DNA of 45,441 nucleotides from IMG/VR virus record IMGVR_UViG_3300029427_000006; one strand, 5' to 3'. This DNA comes from a virus. Under the pieces are notes generated by a model. It worked only from the letters and a program-made list of their open reading frames with translations. It was not told the DNA's origin and did not search any database. The position numbers were made by a program, and so were the translations under genes. Positions 33,702 to 41,352 of the stretch are shown here, piece after piece. Positions within the stretch are counted from its first letter, which is position 1, and each line of letters opens with the position of its first letter.

Positions 33702-33752
33702 TTTCACACGTCCTTTCGTTTTTATCGCTAACCGTGCGCACGGATTTAGCCG

Positions 33753-33983
33753 TTAGAGACCTTCAAAGAGGCTTTGGAACTGGCGGGCGATGCCGTAGAG
33801 CTGATTAAACTGTTGCTGCGTCATCTTGCCGCTGTTGAGTAGGCGCTGAACCTCTTGCTGCGGATCGCCGTTAAATCCGGCCTTGAACCGCTTGAACTCC
33901 TGCGCCATCCGCTGAAACTGTCCCATCTGTCCGGGCAGATTCCCAGACATGCCCTGCATCGCATTAAACAGCGGGTTGCTCAT
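33753..33983 (-). CDS. Small Q-rich 76-aa protein
   Basis: AGGAGG followed by 9 nt then ATG. Sequence MSNPLFNAMQGMSGN...GDPQQEVQRLLNSGKMTQQQFNQL. Confidence 0.5.
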   Translation of the reverse strand: MSNPLFNAMQGMSGNLPGQMGQFQRMAQEFKRFKAGFNGDPQQEVQRLLNSGKMTQQQFNQLYGIARQFQSLFEGL

Positions 33984-34410
33984 CGACTGCATCCTCCTTT
34001 TTTCTGCTCGGCTTTTTTGCCAGCGCATCAACCCGCGCCACAAGCGCGTTGAAGTCGTCGCGGGTCACATAATCGGCTGATTGTACGGGAGGCTCGGCCT
34101 GTCTCGGCGCTGTCCTCTCGGTGTAGTCAAAGATTCGCATTGACGGCATACCGCTTGCGTCCGCAGATTTGAGATAAAACGTCAAAGATTCGCTATCCAT
34201 CAGCAGAACACCGCTTCCGGGGCTGACCGGGTAGCTTTTCGCCGCTGCTTCGCCCTGAACCCAGATGATTCCGCCGCTATTTTGAGCTGGCGCTTGCTGC
34301 GCTGGCTGCTGCGGCATATACGGCTGTGATCTGAGCTGTGCGAGTTGATCTTGCATAGGTGGGTAATAACCGCCGTATGGCTGCTGCCAGCCTTGCATCG
34401 GATAGGCCAT
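33964..34410 (-). CDS. Hypothetical 148-aa protein with a Q/P/Y-rich N-terminus
   Basis: RBS GGGAGGGATGATTT-ATG. MAYPMQGWQQPYGGYYPPMQ..., then a globular segment IIWVQGEAAAKSYPV. Confidence 0.55.
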   Translation of the reverse strand: MAYPMQGWQQPYGGYYPPMQDQLAQLRSQPYMPQQPAQQAPAQNSGGIIWVQGEAAAKSYPVSPGSGVLLMDSESLTFYLKSADASGMPSMRIFDYTERTAPRQAEPPVQSADYVTRDDFNALVARVDALAKKPSRKKEDAVDEQPAV

Positions 34411-34413
34411 AAA

Positions 34414-34809
34414 TCATCCCTCCCAGTAGTAAAGGGGCGTTTCGCCGCCGCTGTCCCATGTGTCATACCAATCACCGTTCACGACCGCGAGAACGTGTCC
34501 ATTTGTCGCCAAAACGTAAACACCACGCGGAAAGTCTCGACAGAAGTCCGAAACCGTGTAGCAGTCCGGGCACGTCTCCGGGATGCTGTGACGCTTGAAG
34601 CCTTTGCGCCGAAGATACGCGCCCCAGACGTGATTTGCGTTTGGCATATCCCCTGCACAGAAACCGTCAAGGCAAAGCGCAACGAAGACGCTTTCCCATG
34701 TTTGACCTGTGGCCTTGCTTACGGCTCTAATCGCGCAGTCGCCGACACGAGAATGAAAAGGGTTTGGATTAAATGGAACAAACACGCTCTCACCTGCTTC
34801 TGCCCTCAT
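34414..34809 (-). CDS. Stand-alone protein with a papain-like (C39-like) Cys/His arrangement
   Basis: VGDCAIRAVSKATG (candidate nucleophile) and NGHVLAVVNGDWYDTWD (candidate His/Asp). The start is uncertain because ATG 34809 has a weak RBS. Confidence 0.45.
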   Translation of the reverse strand: MRAEAGESVFVPFNPNPFHSRVGDCAIRAVSKATGQTWESVFVALCLDGFCAGDMPNANHVWGAYLRRKGFKRHSIPETCPDCYTVSDFCRDFPRGVYVLATNGHVLAVVNGDWYDTWDSGGETPLYYWEG

Positions 34810-34817
34810 TTTTGCAC

Positions 34818-34850
34818 AAAAAAAGGACGTGCACCTATCAGATGCACGTC
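34818..34850 (-). terminator. Rho-independent terminator after the 182-aa gene
   Basis: Minus strand reads gacgtgca-tctgatagg-tgcacgtc followed by cttttttt. Confidence 0.65.
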
Positions 34851-34870
34851 AGATTTGTATCAGGTTTTTA

Positions 34871-35419
34871 TCAGTCCCACATGTTCTCGCTCACCGCCTC
34901 CTGCCACTCGGCCTCCATGTCGCTGACGGCCTTTTCCCAGTCGTCGCCGTCAAGGATGCGCTCGACGGCTTTTCTGCCTGCGCTGGCTTTGCGGTAGTTG
35001 GCCGCGCGGGAGTAGCTTTCCGCGCGGAGCATCGCGGCCGCCATCGGGTATTTCGCGCTCAGCTCTGCCGGATCGCTCTTTGGCTTGGCGGGATAGATGC
35101 CGCTACCGCTATCCACAGCCCGCGCGAACGCTTCGCGGTAGGTCGCTTGCTCGGCTTTCGCCGTCTCAAGCTCTTTAAGCCCCGGAATCGCGGCGCGGAA
35201 ATTCCGGCGGCGCTCGGCGGTTTCGCGCTCTTCGGCTTCCTCGGCCATCAGCGCGGCCTTGATCTCCTGCACCTCGGCGGGATGCGCCTTGACCAGCTTG
35301 ACGGCCTTGTCGCGCGGAGATACGGCCATCTTGTCGCCAACGAGGGAAAAGCTCAGGCCGGAGTGTTCAAGGATTTCGCGCGCGGCGGTGGAAAGCTGCT
35401 GTTTGTACTTTTCTTTCAT
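34871..35419 (-). CDS. Hypothetical 182-aa protein (promoter-ORF-terminator moron)
   Basis: RBS GGAGGAAGAAACC-ATG. A consensus promoter lies upstream and a terminator downstream. Confidence 0.65.
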   Translation of the reverse strand: MKEKYKQQLSTAAREILEHSGLSFSLVGDKMAVSPRDKAVKLVKAHPAEVQEIKAALMAEEAEERETAERRRNFRAAIPGLKELETAKAEQATYREAFARAVDSGSGIYPAKPKSDPAELSAKYPMAAAMLRAESYSRAANYRKASAGRKAVERILDGDDWEKAVSDMEAEWQEAVSENMWD

Positions 35420-35527
35420 GGTTTCTTCCTCCGATCAGGTTGTTGTTTTCTTGTTCCTTATGGCTATATTATACATCGTTTTAATTTACTTGTCAAGTGT
35501 TTTATAAATCTTTTTTATTTATTTTTA
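35417..35527. repeat. Promoter/5'UTR cassette copy 1 (about 110 bp, near-identical to 37098-37207)
   Basis: Aligned by eye. ...ccgatcaggttgtt...ttatggctatattatacatc.ttttaatttacttgtcaagtgtttt... is shared. Confidence 0.85.
35468..35496 (-). promoter_or_regulatory. Consensus sigma-70/sigma-A-type promoter TTGACA-17-TATAAT (copy 1)
   Basis: Minus strand has -35 at 35496-35491 and -10 at 35473-35468, with A/T-rich sequence upstream. Confidence 0.75.
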
Positions 35528-35531
35528 AAGT

Positions 35532-35561
35532 AAAAAACTCCCCCTGCATATGCAGAGGGAG
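35532..35561 (-). terminator. Rho-independent terminator
   Basis: Minus strand reads ctccctctgcatatgcagggggag followed by tttttt. Confidence 0.65.
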
Positions 35562-35565
35562 AATG

Positions 35566-36309
35566 TTATTGATCCGGATCGCCCGGTTTGCGCCTATGCG
35601 CTGGCGTGATAGGCAGGGACAAAAGCCCCCAATCCTTATAGTGATATACAGATCCCTTACACGATGGATTGCCGCGCATGCTTGCCGCGATCTTTTTAAA
35701 ACCGCTTGCTATACGTTTTGCGGCGATATCTCGCTCCTCTTCCGGGGTTTGCGGCTCAAAGAGCCGGTAATTGTTGCGCGCCCAGTCGAGCAGATTGGTG
35801 CATGGCACTTGATTCCCGCTCGGATCGACCAGCACCCAGATCTTGCTCCCCCTATTTTGCGGCCCGCGCTGTCCCTCCGGTTTTGCAAGCGCCGCTTGCA
35901 AAGCACGCGGCTGCAACTCGTCCATCCGCGCCTTAATGTCAGGGTCTTCCGCGCGTCGCCTTTTCGCAGCCTCTCCCCACTTGCGCGGCTTGTCATGCGA
36001 CGACTTCGCCGCCCGAAGACGGCGGCAGGTGTCCGAGCAGGTCACACGGTTGTCCGAGCGGTATGAGTCAAACGGCTTTCCGCAGATCACACACGTTTTT
36101 GTGATTTTTCCAACCGCCTTGCATCCGCACGATGTCGTCTTTCCCGCGATCAGGCTGCTCGCGTAGTACGACTTTACGCTGCCACATCTCAGACATTCCG
36201 CGTCGCATCGTGTCTTAGACGACGCTTCCGGCAGCCGCCAAATTCGCAGGACTTTGAGGTCGCCAAACACGTCGCCAACCTGCATGTTAAGCTTTCGTGG
36301 CACGCTCAT
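35566..36309 (-). CDS. Zn-ribbon / Cys-cluster protein, 247 aa (possible DNA-binding or homing-endonuclease-related N-terminus)
   Basis: VGDVFGDLKVLRI...CDAECLRCGS...TSCGCK...CVICGK...CSDTC. ATGA overlap with the upstream gene. Confidence 0.55.
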   Translation of the reverse strand: MSVPRKLNMQVGDVFGDLKVLRIWRLPEASSKTRCDAECLRCGSVKSYYASSLIAGKTTSCGCKAVGKITKTCVICGKPFDSYRSDNRVTCSDTCRRLRAAKSSHDKPRKWGEAAKRRRAEDPDIKARMDELQPRALQAALAKPEGQRGPQNRGSKIWVLVDPSGNQVPCTNLLDWARNNYRLFEPQTPEEERDIAAKRIASGFKKIAASMRGNPSCKGSVYHYKDWGLLSLPITPAHRRKPGDPDQ

Positions 36310-36785
36310 CGCCTCCCGAATTCGCCGCCGACGAGGATGCGCGGCAGACCCTTGTACATGATGGCATCTTCGCCGCGGCTGTCAACCCAGCGCGCGCCGC
36401 CGATCTCATCGACGGTCATCGGCTGCTCGCCCTGCCAGTCCGCCAGCGTAAACTGTACGCCCTCGGACTGGATCACGGCCATAATGCCAACGGCCGGATG
36501 CTCGACGAGGTAAAATATACCATACTCGTCGAGCACCGTCTCGGCCATGATGGGCAGCGCCTCCGTGCGCCCGGTCTCCCAGTCATAGACGGCCAGCCGC
36601 TGGGCGTCGCCCCGCAGATAGGCCGCCGAAACGTTCAGCGCGTCCGCCAGCGCAGGCAGAATCTTGTTTCCGGGGTTGCTCTGCCCCCCCTCGTAGTTGT
36701 TAAGCTGCTGGGCGGATATACCCATCTTGTCCGCAAGCTCTTTCTGCTTCAATCCGCGCAAGACGCGCAGCTGTTTAATGTTCAT
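36306..36785 (-). CDS. XRE-family HTH fused to an unknown C-terminal domain of about 95 aa
   Basis: LKQKELADKMGISAQQLNNYEGGQ. RBS AAGGAGGAAAAAAGC-ATG. Confidence 0.7.
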   Translation of the reverse strand: MNIKQLRVLRGLKQKELADKMGISAQQLNNYEGGQSNPGNKILPALADALNVSAAYLRGDAQRLAVYDWETGRTEALPIMAETVLDEYGIFYLVEHPAVGIMAVIQSEGVQFTLADWQGEQPMTVDEIGGARWVDSRGEDAIMYKGLPRILVGGEFGRR

Positions 36786-36803
36786 GCTTTTTTCCTCCTT
36801 TTT

Positions 36804-37100
36804 TTACGCGGCGACGAGCGCGCCGGTCATGTTGTCGATGTAGCCGATCTCAAGATCTCGCTTGCGGTTCCACGCGTTGGTGTAGATGCGCGCGGCGACA
36901 TAGGTGCGATTGTGGCTTCCCTTCACCCAGTCGTTGCAAACGACCTTGTAGTTCCAGCCGGATTCCTTGCCCTCTTTCTCGGCGGCGATCAGCGCCTTGG
37001 CCAGCGCCCACGCGCCCTTGAGCGCAACACTCAGGCTCAGGCCAAAGCTCTTGACCATGATCCACGCGCGCTTCATGATGATCTGCTTGTTGTACTTCAT
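36804..37100 (-). CDS. Hypothetical 98-aa protein (first gene behind promoter copy 2)
   Basis: RBS GGAGGAAATCAAA-ATG. Sequence MKRAWIMVKSFGLSLSVALKGAWALAKA. Confidence 0.6.
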   Translation of the reverse strand: MKYNKQIIMKRAWIMVKSFGLSLSVALKGAWALAKALIAAEKEGKESGWNYKVVCNDWVKGSHNRTYVAARIYTNAWNRKRDLEIGYIDNMTGALVAA

Positions 37101-37207
37101 TTTGATTTCCTCCGATCAGGTTGTTTTCCTTGTTCTTATGGCTATATTATACATCTTTTTAATTTACTTGTCAAGTGTTTTGCAAATTATTTTTATTTAT
37201 TTTTTTG
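37098..37207. repeat. Promoter/5'UTR cassette copy 2
   Basis: Near-identical to 35417-35527. Confidence 0.85.
37146..37174 (-). promoter_or_regulatory. Consensus promoter TTGACA-17-TATAAT (copy 2)
   Basis: Minus strand has -35 at 37174-37169 and -10 at 37151-37146. Confidence 0.75.
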
Positions 37208-37211
37208 CATT

Positions 37212-37240
37212 AAAAAAAGCCCCTGCCATCAGGCAGGGGT
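37212..37240 (-). terminator. Rho-independent terminator ending the lysis operon
   Basis: Minus strand reads cccctgcc-tgat-ggcagggg followed by cttttttt. Confidence 0.7.
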
Positions 37241-37456
37241 GTTATCATCTGTATGTATAGATGCAGACATCCGTCTTTTAATTTCGCGAATGCTGCGGCT
37301 GACGGTTGCGGGCGACATGCCCAGTGTCATGCTGATCTGCACAATGCTGTAACCGCGCCAGAGCAGGTCAAAGACCTGCCCCAGCCGGACATGCTCGTCA
37401 AAGCCGCAGCAGCGGGCGATTTCTTCTTTCGTGCGCCTGTCAAAGTCAAGGCGCAC
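37229..37456 (-). CDS. Small sigma-70 region 4 / LuxR-type HTH protein
   Basis: LLWRGYSIVQISMTLGMSPATVSRSIREIKRR. Confidence 0.55.
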   Translation of the reverse strand: MRLDFDRRTKEEIARCCGFDEHVRLGQVFDLLWRGYSIVQISMTLGMSPATVSRSIREIKRRMSASIHTDDNTPA

Positions 37457-37472
37457 GGGAAACCGCCTCCTT

Positions 37473-37802
37473 TTACACGCTGGCTTCCTCGACCACTACG
37501 GGCGCGGCGCTCTCCAACTTTGCAATCTCGGCATTCACCAACTCGACAAGCTCATCTGTATCCAACTTATATCCATGCGCGTCAAGCCGCTCCTTTACCC
37601 ATGCCAGCTTCTCTTCGCCGCGTCCGGAGCCAGTGTACAGCTTTTCGGCGGCGAATACGAGGATAGACACGAGGTCGCGGATTTCGCGCCGCTGGTCAAG
37701 CGTCGTCTTGGCCTTGATCCACGGGACGACATACCGCGTAATCAGCGCGGCCACGAGGACGATCAGCGCCTGGAAGATGGGGGTCAGGTCAATATTAGAC
37801 AT
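37473..37802 (-). CDS. Holin (LL-H family-like)
   Basis: N-terminal TM segment IFQALIVLVAALITRYVVPWI, then VFAAEKLYTGSGRGEEKLAWV as in LL-H holins. Adjacent to the endolysin. Confidence 0.65.
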   Translation of the reverse strand: MSNIDLTPIFQALIVLVAALITRYVVPWIKAKTTLDQRREIRDLVSILVFAAEKLYTGSGRGEEKLAWVKERLDAHGYKLDTDELVELVNAEIAKLESAAPVVVEEASV

Positions 37803-37841
37803 AGATAGCCTCACTTTCTGCTCGGTCTTCACCGGGCAACG

Positions 37842-38276
37842 TCACAAAAATTTACGCTCCTGCAAACACTTGTGATAAGCGTTTTTGATGATTTCGACGG
37901 CTTCAACCGTCTTGTGGTTTTCAAACTCTGGATGTGCTTTGCAATACGTTTCATAGGATTTTGCGTCGTCAAAAACTTGCTCAAAATGCTCTTTGCTGTG
38001 TTTGACGCTATTATAGCACTCGTCGGAAAACCGCTGGATGCGGGCGCGGGAGATTTTAGCAAATTCAAGGTCATTTTTCGCCTCAATCCTGCTCATGCGT
38101 TCCTCTAACGAGCCAACGAGCGCCTTTCGCAAGCCACGAAATATCCATGACAGCGGATGCACCTTGATCGGCGAGATCTCAATCAGATTCAGCGCCAAGT
38201 ATATCAGCACGAGCGTGAGTGTGCTGTGCGTCGTGACAGCCGCTTGCAAGCCGTCCAGCAGCTTTTGTATGGTCAT
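37842..38276 (-). CDS. Hypothetical membrane-associated protein within the lysis cassette
   Basis: 144 aa with one hydrophobic segment, LTLVLIYLALNLIEISPI. Lies between the endolysin and holin genes. Confidence 0.55.
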   Translation of the reverse strand: MTIQKLLDGLQAAVTTHSTLTLVLIYLALNLIEISPIKVHPLSWIFRGLRKALVGSLEERMSRIEAKNDLEFAKISRARIQRFSDECYNSVKHSKEHFEQVFDDAKSYETYCKAHPEFENHKTVEAVEIIKNAYHKCLQERKFL

Positions 38277-38279
38277 CGG

Positions 38280-39038
38280 TTAATCCTCCGCCAGCGCCCA
38301 CGCGCCGATCAGTGTGATATACACGCCGTCGCTCCTGCACAGGGTCGTCGTGGCAGGTTTTCCTTTTTCGCCCTCCTCGACGATCAGCACCGTGTCCTCG
38401 ACCAGATACTCGCTGGACATGTACCCGGCCTCACCACTTTCCAGCACGCCGAAGACCCAGCCCGTGCCGCCCGCCTCGCGGATGATGTTCACCCGCGCGC
38501 CGTTCTCGGCTTTTGCGATGACCTTTGACCTCGTGCTTGCGCCCTCGCGGATGTTGAGATATCCGCTGGTCACGCTCACCGTCGCATTGCCAAAAATCTT
38601 TTCTGCTTCACTCACTTCCGTTTTTACTCCCTCCGAATAGTCCACACCGATCATCCGATGCGCCCCCAGCCCGTTCCAGCCGTTCTTTTCCGTCAGCGCG
38701 GTTTCAACCACGCCGCCACGGCTCTTGCTTGAGTGGATGACCGTGCCCCGCTCCGTCACCAGCCCGGTGTGGCTCACGTCGCCCGTGCCCACGCCCATGA
38801 ACGCCAGCATGCCCGCCTTCGCGCTGGAAATCCCCGTCTGCCGCCAGATCAAATGGCGATACTTCGGCACGCTGTCAAAACTGTTCCAAAGCTCGTTTGT
38901 GCCCGCCGTCGTGTAGCGCTTGTCGCCGCCCGGCGCTGTGCGGATGACCTTCTTGATGAGGTTGATGCAGTCCAGCTCGCTGTAAGGCGTTCCGATCAGC
39001 GCCCGCGCCGTGTGGATGGCCTCGCTTGTTTCAATCAT
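38280..39038 (-). CDS. Endolysin: NlpC/P60 peptidase + SH3 domain
   Basis: LIGTPYSELDC (catalytic Cys) and DVSHTGLV (His). C-terminal SH3b-like segment GYLNIREGASTRSKVIAKAENGARVNI. Confidence 0.8.
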   Translation of the reverse strand: MIETSEAIHTARALIGTPYSELDCINLIKKVIRTAPGGDKRYTTAGTNELWNSFDSVPKYRHLIWRQTGISSAKAGMLAFMGVGTGDVSHTGLVTERGTVIHSSKSRGGVVETALTEKNGWNGLGAHRMIGVDYSEGVKTEVSEAEKIFGNATVSVTSGYLNIREGASTRSKVIAKAENGARVNIIREAGGTGWVFGVLESGEAGYMSSEYLVEDTVLIVEEGEKGKPATTTLCRSDGVYITLIGAWALAED

Positions 39039-39060
39039 TGGCTTTTCCTCCTTTCCGTTT

Positions 39061-39246
39061 TTATCCGAGCAAATGCCCTCGCAGCCGATGAAACTGTTTC
39101 AGCGTCCGTCTGCGGGCTAAAGCATACTTTCGGATGTTCTCTTCCGTCGGTTCAATGCCCCAGTTGTACAGGTAGTCAGTAATGTACTCGATGGCCCATT
39201 TCCGCGCCTGCTTTCTTTGCATTTCATATCCTTTTTTGCTTTTCAT
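39061..39246 (-). CDS. Hypothetical 61-aa basic protein
   Basis: Tracked ORF. ATGA overlap with the upstream small ORF. Confidence 0.5.
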   Translation of the reverse strand: MKSKKGYEMQRKQARKWAIEYITDYLYNWGIEPTEENIRKYALARRRTLKQFHRLRGHLLG

Positions 39247-39341
39247 TCGTCCCCCGCACCTCCCGCGCGGATGAAGCGGCCAACCAGACAGCCAGCCGCG
39301 AAGATGATCACGCCGCCGACGATGATGCCAAGAATAATCAT
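39243..39341 (-). CDS. 32-aa single-TM peptide (below the ORF-track cutoff)
   Basis: MIILGIIVGGVIIFAAGCLVGRFIRAGGAGDE. RBS GAGGGGGCAAAACC-ATG. Its stop overlaps the next start. Confidence 0.45.
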   Translation of the reverse strand: MIILGIIVGGVIIFAAGCLVGRFIRAGGAGDE

Positions 39342-39353
39342 GGTTTTGCCCCC

Positions 39354-39587
39354 TCAGACGATTGAAAGGCCGTCGTCAGCCTCTTCCTTTGCGTTTTCCG
39401 CATCCAGCGCATCATAATACGCCTGCGCAAGGGCTTCAATCTCTCCGATATCCGCATCGGTGAGCAGCCCATTATCAAGATGAGTGTATGCCTTGTCCAG
39501 CCAATAGGCCACATCTCGCCCGGCGGCGATCTCGCGCTTGATGGAGCGCAGGGTCAGGTCGTGCCGGGCTTTGCTTTTGATTGCCAT
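39354..39587 (-). CDS. Hypothetical 77-aa protein
   Basis: RBS AAGGAGGACTGACT-ATG. Follows the second fibre gene. Confidence 0.55.
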   Translation of the reverse strand: MAIKSKARHDLTLRSIKREIAAGRDVAYWLDKAYTHLDNGLLTDADIGEIEALAQAYYDALDAENAKEEADDGLSIV

Positions 39588-39600
39588 AGTCAGTCCTCCT

Positions 39601-41097
39601 TTAGGTTGTAGTCATAGACGCAATCGCGTCCTCAAGATTTTTGATTACGATGTTCACATCGCGCTGATATGCCAGCTTTACCCCCGCGCCGTCTGTGGCT
39701 TGCACCACGGTCTCAGGCGCGTAAGCGGTGAGGGCTTTGTAAGCGGCGATTTCAGCAGGTGTGAGCGGGGTCTCAATGGGAGTGGCGAGGGCGTAGTAGA
39801 TAACGGATTTCACATTCGCCAGCAACTGCTTAAAGGCTTCGAGCGACGAGTATTCCGAGTTTGGCGGAAAGCTGATAGTAATCTCTTGATTGTTTGCATA
39901 TATCTTAGGTAAATTCTGCGGAATATCGTCCCACCTATTGTTTGTATAACGCAGTGTATTGCAAAAACACGGCTTTCTTGTAAGGGCTACATCTGCATCA
40001 TAAATACGCTCTTGGAAGTTGTTGTTCCCGCTATCTAGTTTTCTGTATGCCCATGCATCATTGGGACTTAGCTCTTTCGCTTTTACCCTCTGCACCTTCA
40101 CCCCTCTCTTCAAGTCCACCTCGTCGCAAATCCACTGCTGTCCCTGCGGGTCAGTGTAGTTGCCGCCAGAAGTGACAGGGATGCCGCGCAGGCCATTCGG
40201 CGTTTGCAGTGTGATCGTCCGCTGTCCATCTGCACCATCGCCGACCGTCACCAAGATTGTCCCGCCGTCTCCCGCGCTCACAATCGGTACCGGGTTATCC
40301 GGGCTTGGTGTGCCGTCCTGCGTGCTTTTGCCGTACACGGTCAGCCCGCACAGCGGCGCGGGAAAAGCGTCAGAGACAGATACAGGATTGCCCGTTTCGG
40401 TGCCGATCAAGATATTCTGGCGCGCTTTGTCGGCCTTCTCAGCAACAGTCTTCTCGATTTCCGCCAGCCGCTTTCCCGTTGCGGCCGCGTCCGCCGCCTC
40501 GCCCTCCTGGGTCAGCGTCGCGTCGATGACAGCATCCTTGCCCGGTTCGCCTTTTGCGCCCCTGTCCCCCTTGTCCCCTTTTTCGCCCTTGGGTCCCTGC
40601 GGGCCTTGCGGCCCTACAAAGTCGCCATTATCCAACCGCTGCTGTACTTCGTCCGCGATCGCCTGCGCGGCGTTTCCCGCCTGCTCAACGTTGGCCAGCG
40701 TGCCAGTTGCTTTGTCGATCCATGTTTCGACCGGATCAGGCGCTGGGGCAGTTGCGTCGCCAAGAGACTCACCGACGCGCGTACAGGCAATCGCAGTCTT
40801 GATGACCGTGCCATCCGCGTCTCGGATTGTGATTTGGGCTTGCCCGCTTCCGGCTTTATCGCCGATATCCGCGCGCGTGATCTCCCACGTCAGGATACCG
40901 CCCTCTTGTTTCACCACCGCCGGATACTCCGCCCGGCCAGGCGGCTTGACCGTGATCGACGCAATAGCATCCGGATATTGGCTCAATATGCTTTTCAGGT
41001 CGACCAGCACCCGCGTCGCGCGATTTTCGCCGACACGGCCAAGCAGCAGCGCTTGATCGCCAAAACGGTCAAGCGCCAGAATGATATCACGCATCAC
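39601..41097 (-). CDS. Second tail fibre / receptor-binding protein (BppU-N-like N-terminus, collagen-like G-X-Y run)
   Basis: GPQGPQGPKGEKGDKGDRGAKGEPG. N-terminal Ig-like segment resembling BppU. Contains a low-GC patch at about 39850-40090. Confidence 0.7.
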   Translation of the reverse strand: MMRDIILALDRFGDQALLLGRVGENRATRVLVDLKSILSQYPDAIASITVKPPGRAEYPAVVKQEGGILTWEITRADIGDKAGSGQAQITIRDADGTVIKTAIACTRVGESLGDATAPAPDPVETWIDKATGTLANVEQAGNAAQAIADEVQQRLDNGDFVGPQGPQGPKGEKGDKGDRGAKGEPGKDAVIDATLTQEGEAADAAATGKRLAEIEKTVAEKADKARQNILIGTETGNPVSVSDAFPAPLCGLTVYGKSTQDGTPSPDNPVPIVSAGDGGTILVTVGDGADGQRTITLQTPNGLRGIPVTSGGNYTDPQGQQWICDEVDLKRGVKVQRVKAKELSPNDAWAYRKLDSGNNNFQERIYDADVALTRKPCFCNTLRYTNNRWDDIPQNLPKIYANNQEITISFPPNSEYSSLEAFKQLLANVKSVIYYALATPIETPLTPAEIAAYKALTAYAPETVVQATDGAGVKLAYQRDVNIVIKNLEDAIASMTTT

Positions 41098-41190
41098 GTT
41101 CTCTCCCTCGTTTAACTCAAGCTCAAATTAGCATCCTTGTGTTTTGTTGAGGCCAACAAAACACACATCCACTTGTTTTCTTAAAAGTTT

Positions 41191-41212
41191 GCCCCGCTCA
41201 CACGGGCGGGGC
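41191..41212 (-). terminator. Possible terminator hairpin (weak U-tract)
   Basis: Minus strand reads gccccgc-ccgtgtga-gcggggc followed by aaacttttaag. Confidence 0.35.
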
Positions 41213-41220
41213 GTTGTCGG

Positions 41221-41352
41221 TTACTCTTCCGCCAGCTCCGGCAGACCCGCGTCCACCAGCAACTCTTTGACCTTCGCCTTGAGTTTGGCCGGGACATCCT
41301 TAAACTCGGTCTTGCCAAGGATTACGCGCTGCGCAAAAAACATCGCCATCAT
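41221..41352 (-). CDS. XkdX-like small protein
   Basis: MMAMFFAQRVILGKTEFKDVPAKLKAKVKELL resembles the XkdX family. RBS AAAGGGGGTGAAACA. Confidence 0.55.
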   Translation of the reverse strand: MMAMFFAQRVILGKTEFKDVPAKLKAKVKELLVDAGLPELAEE

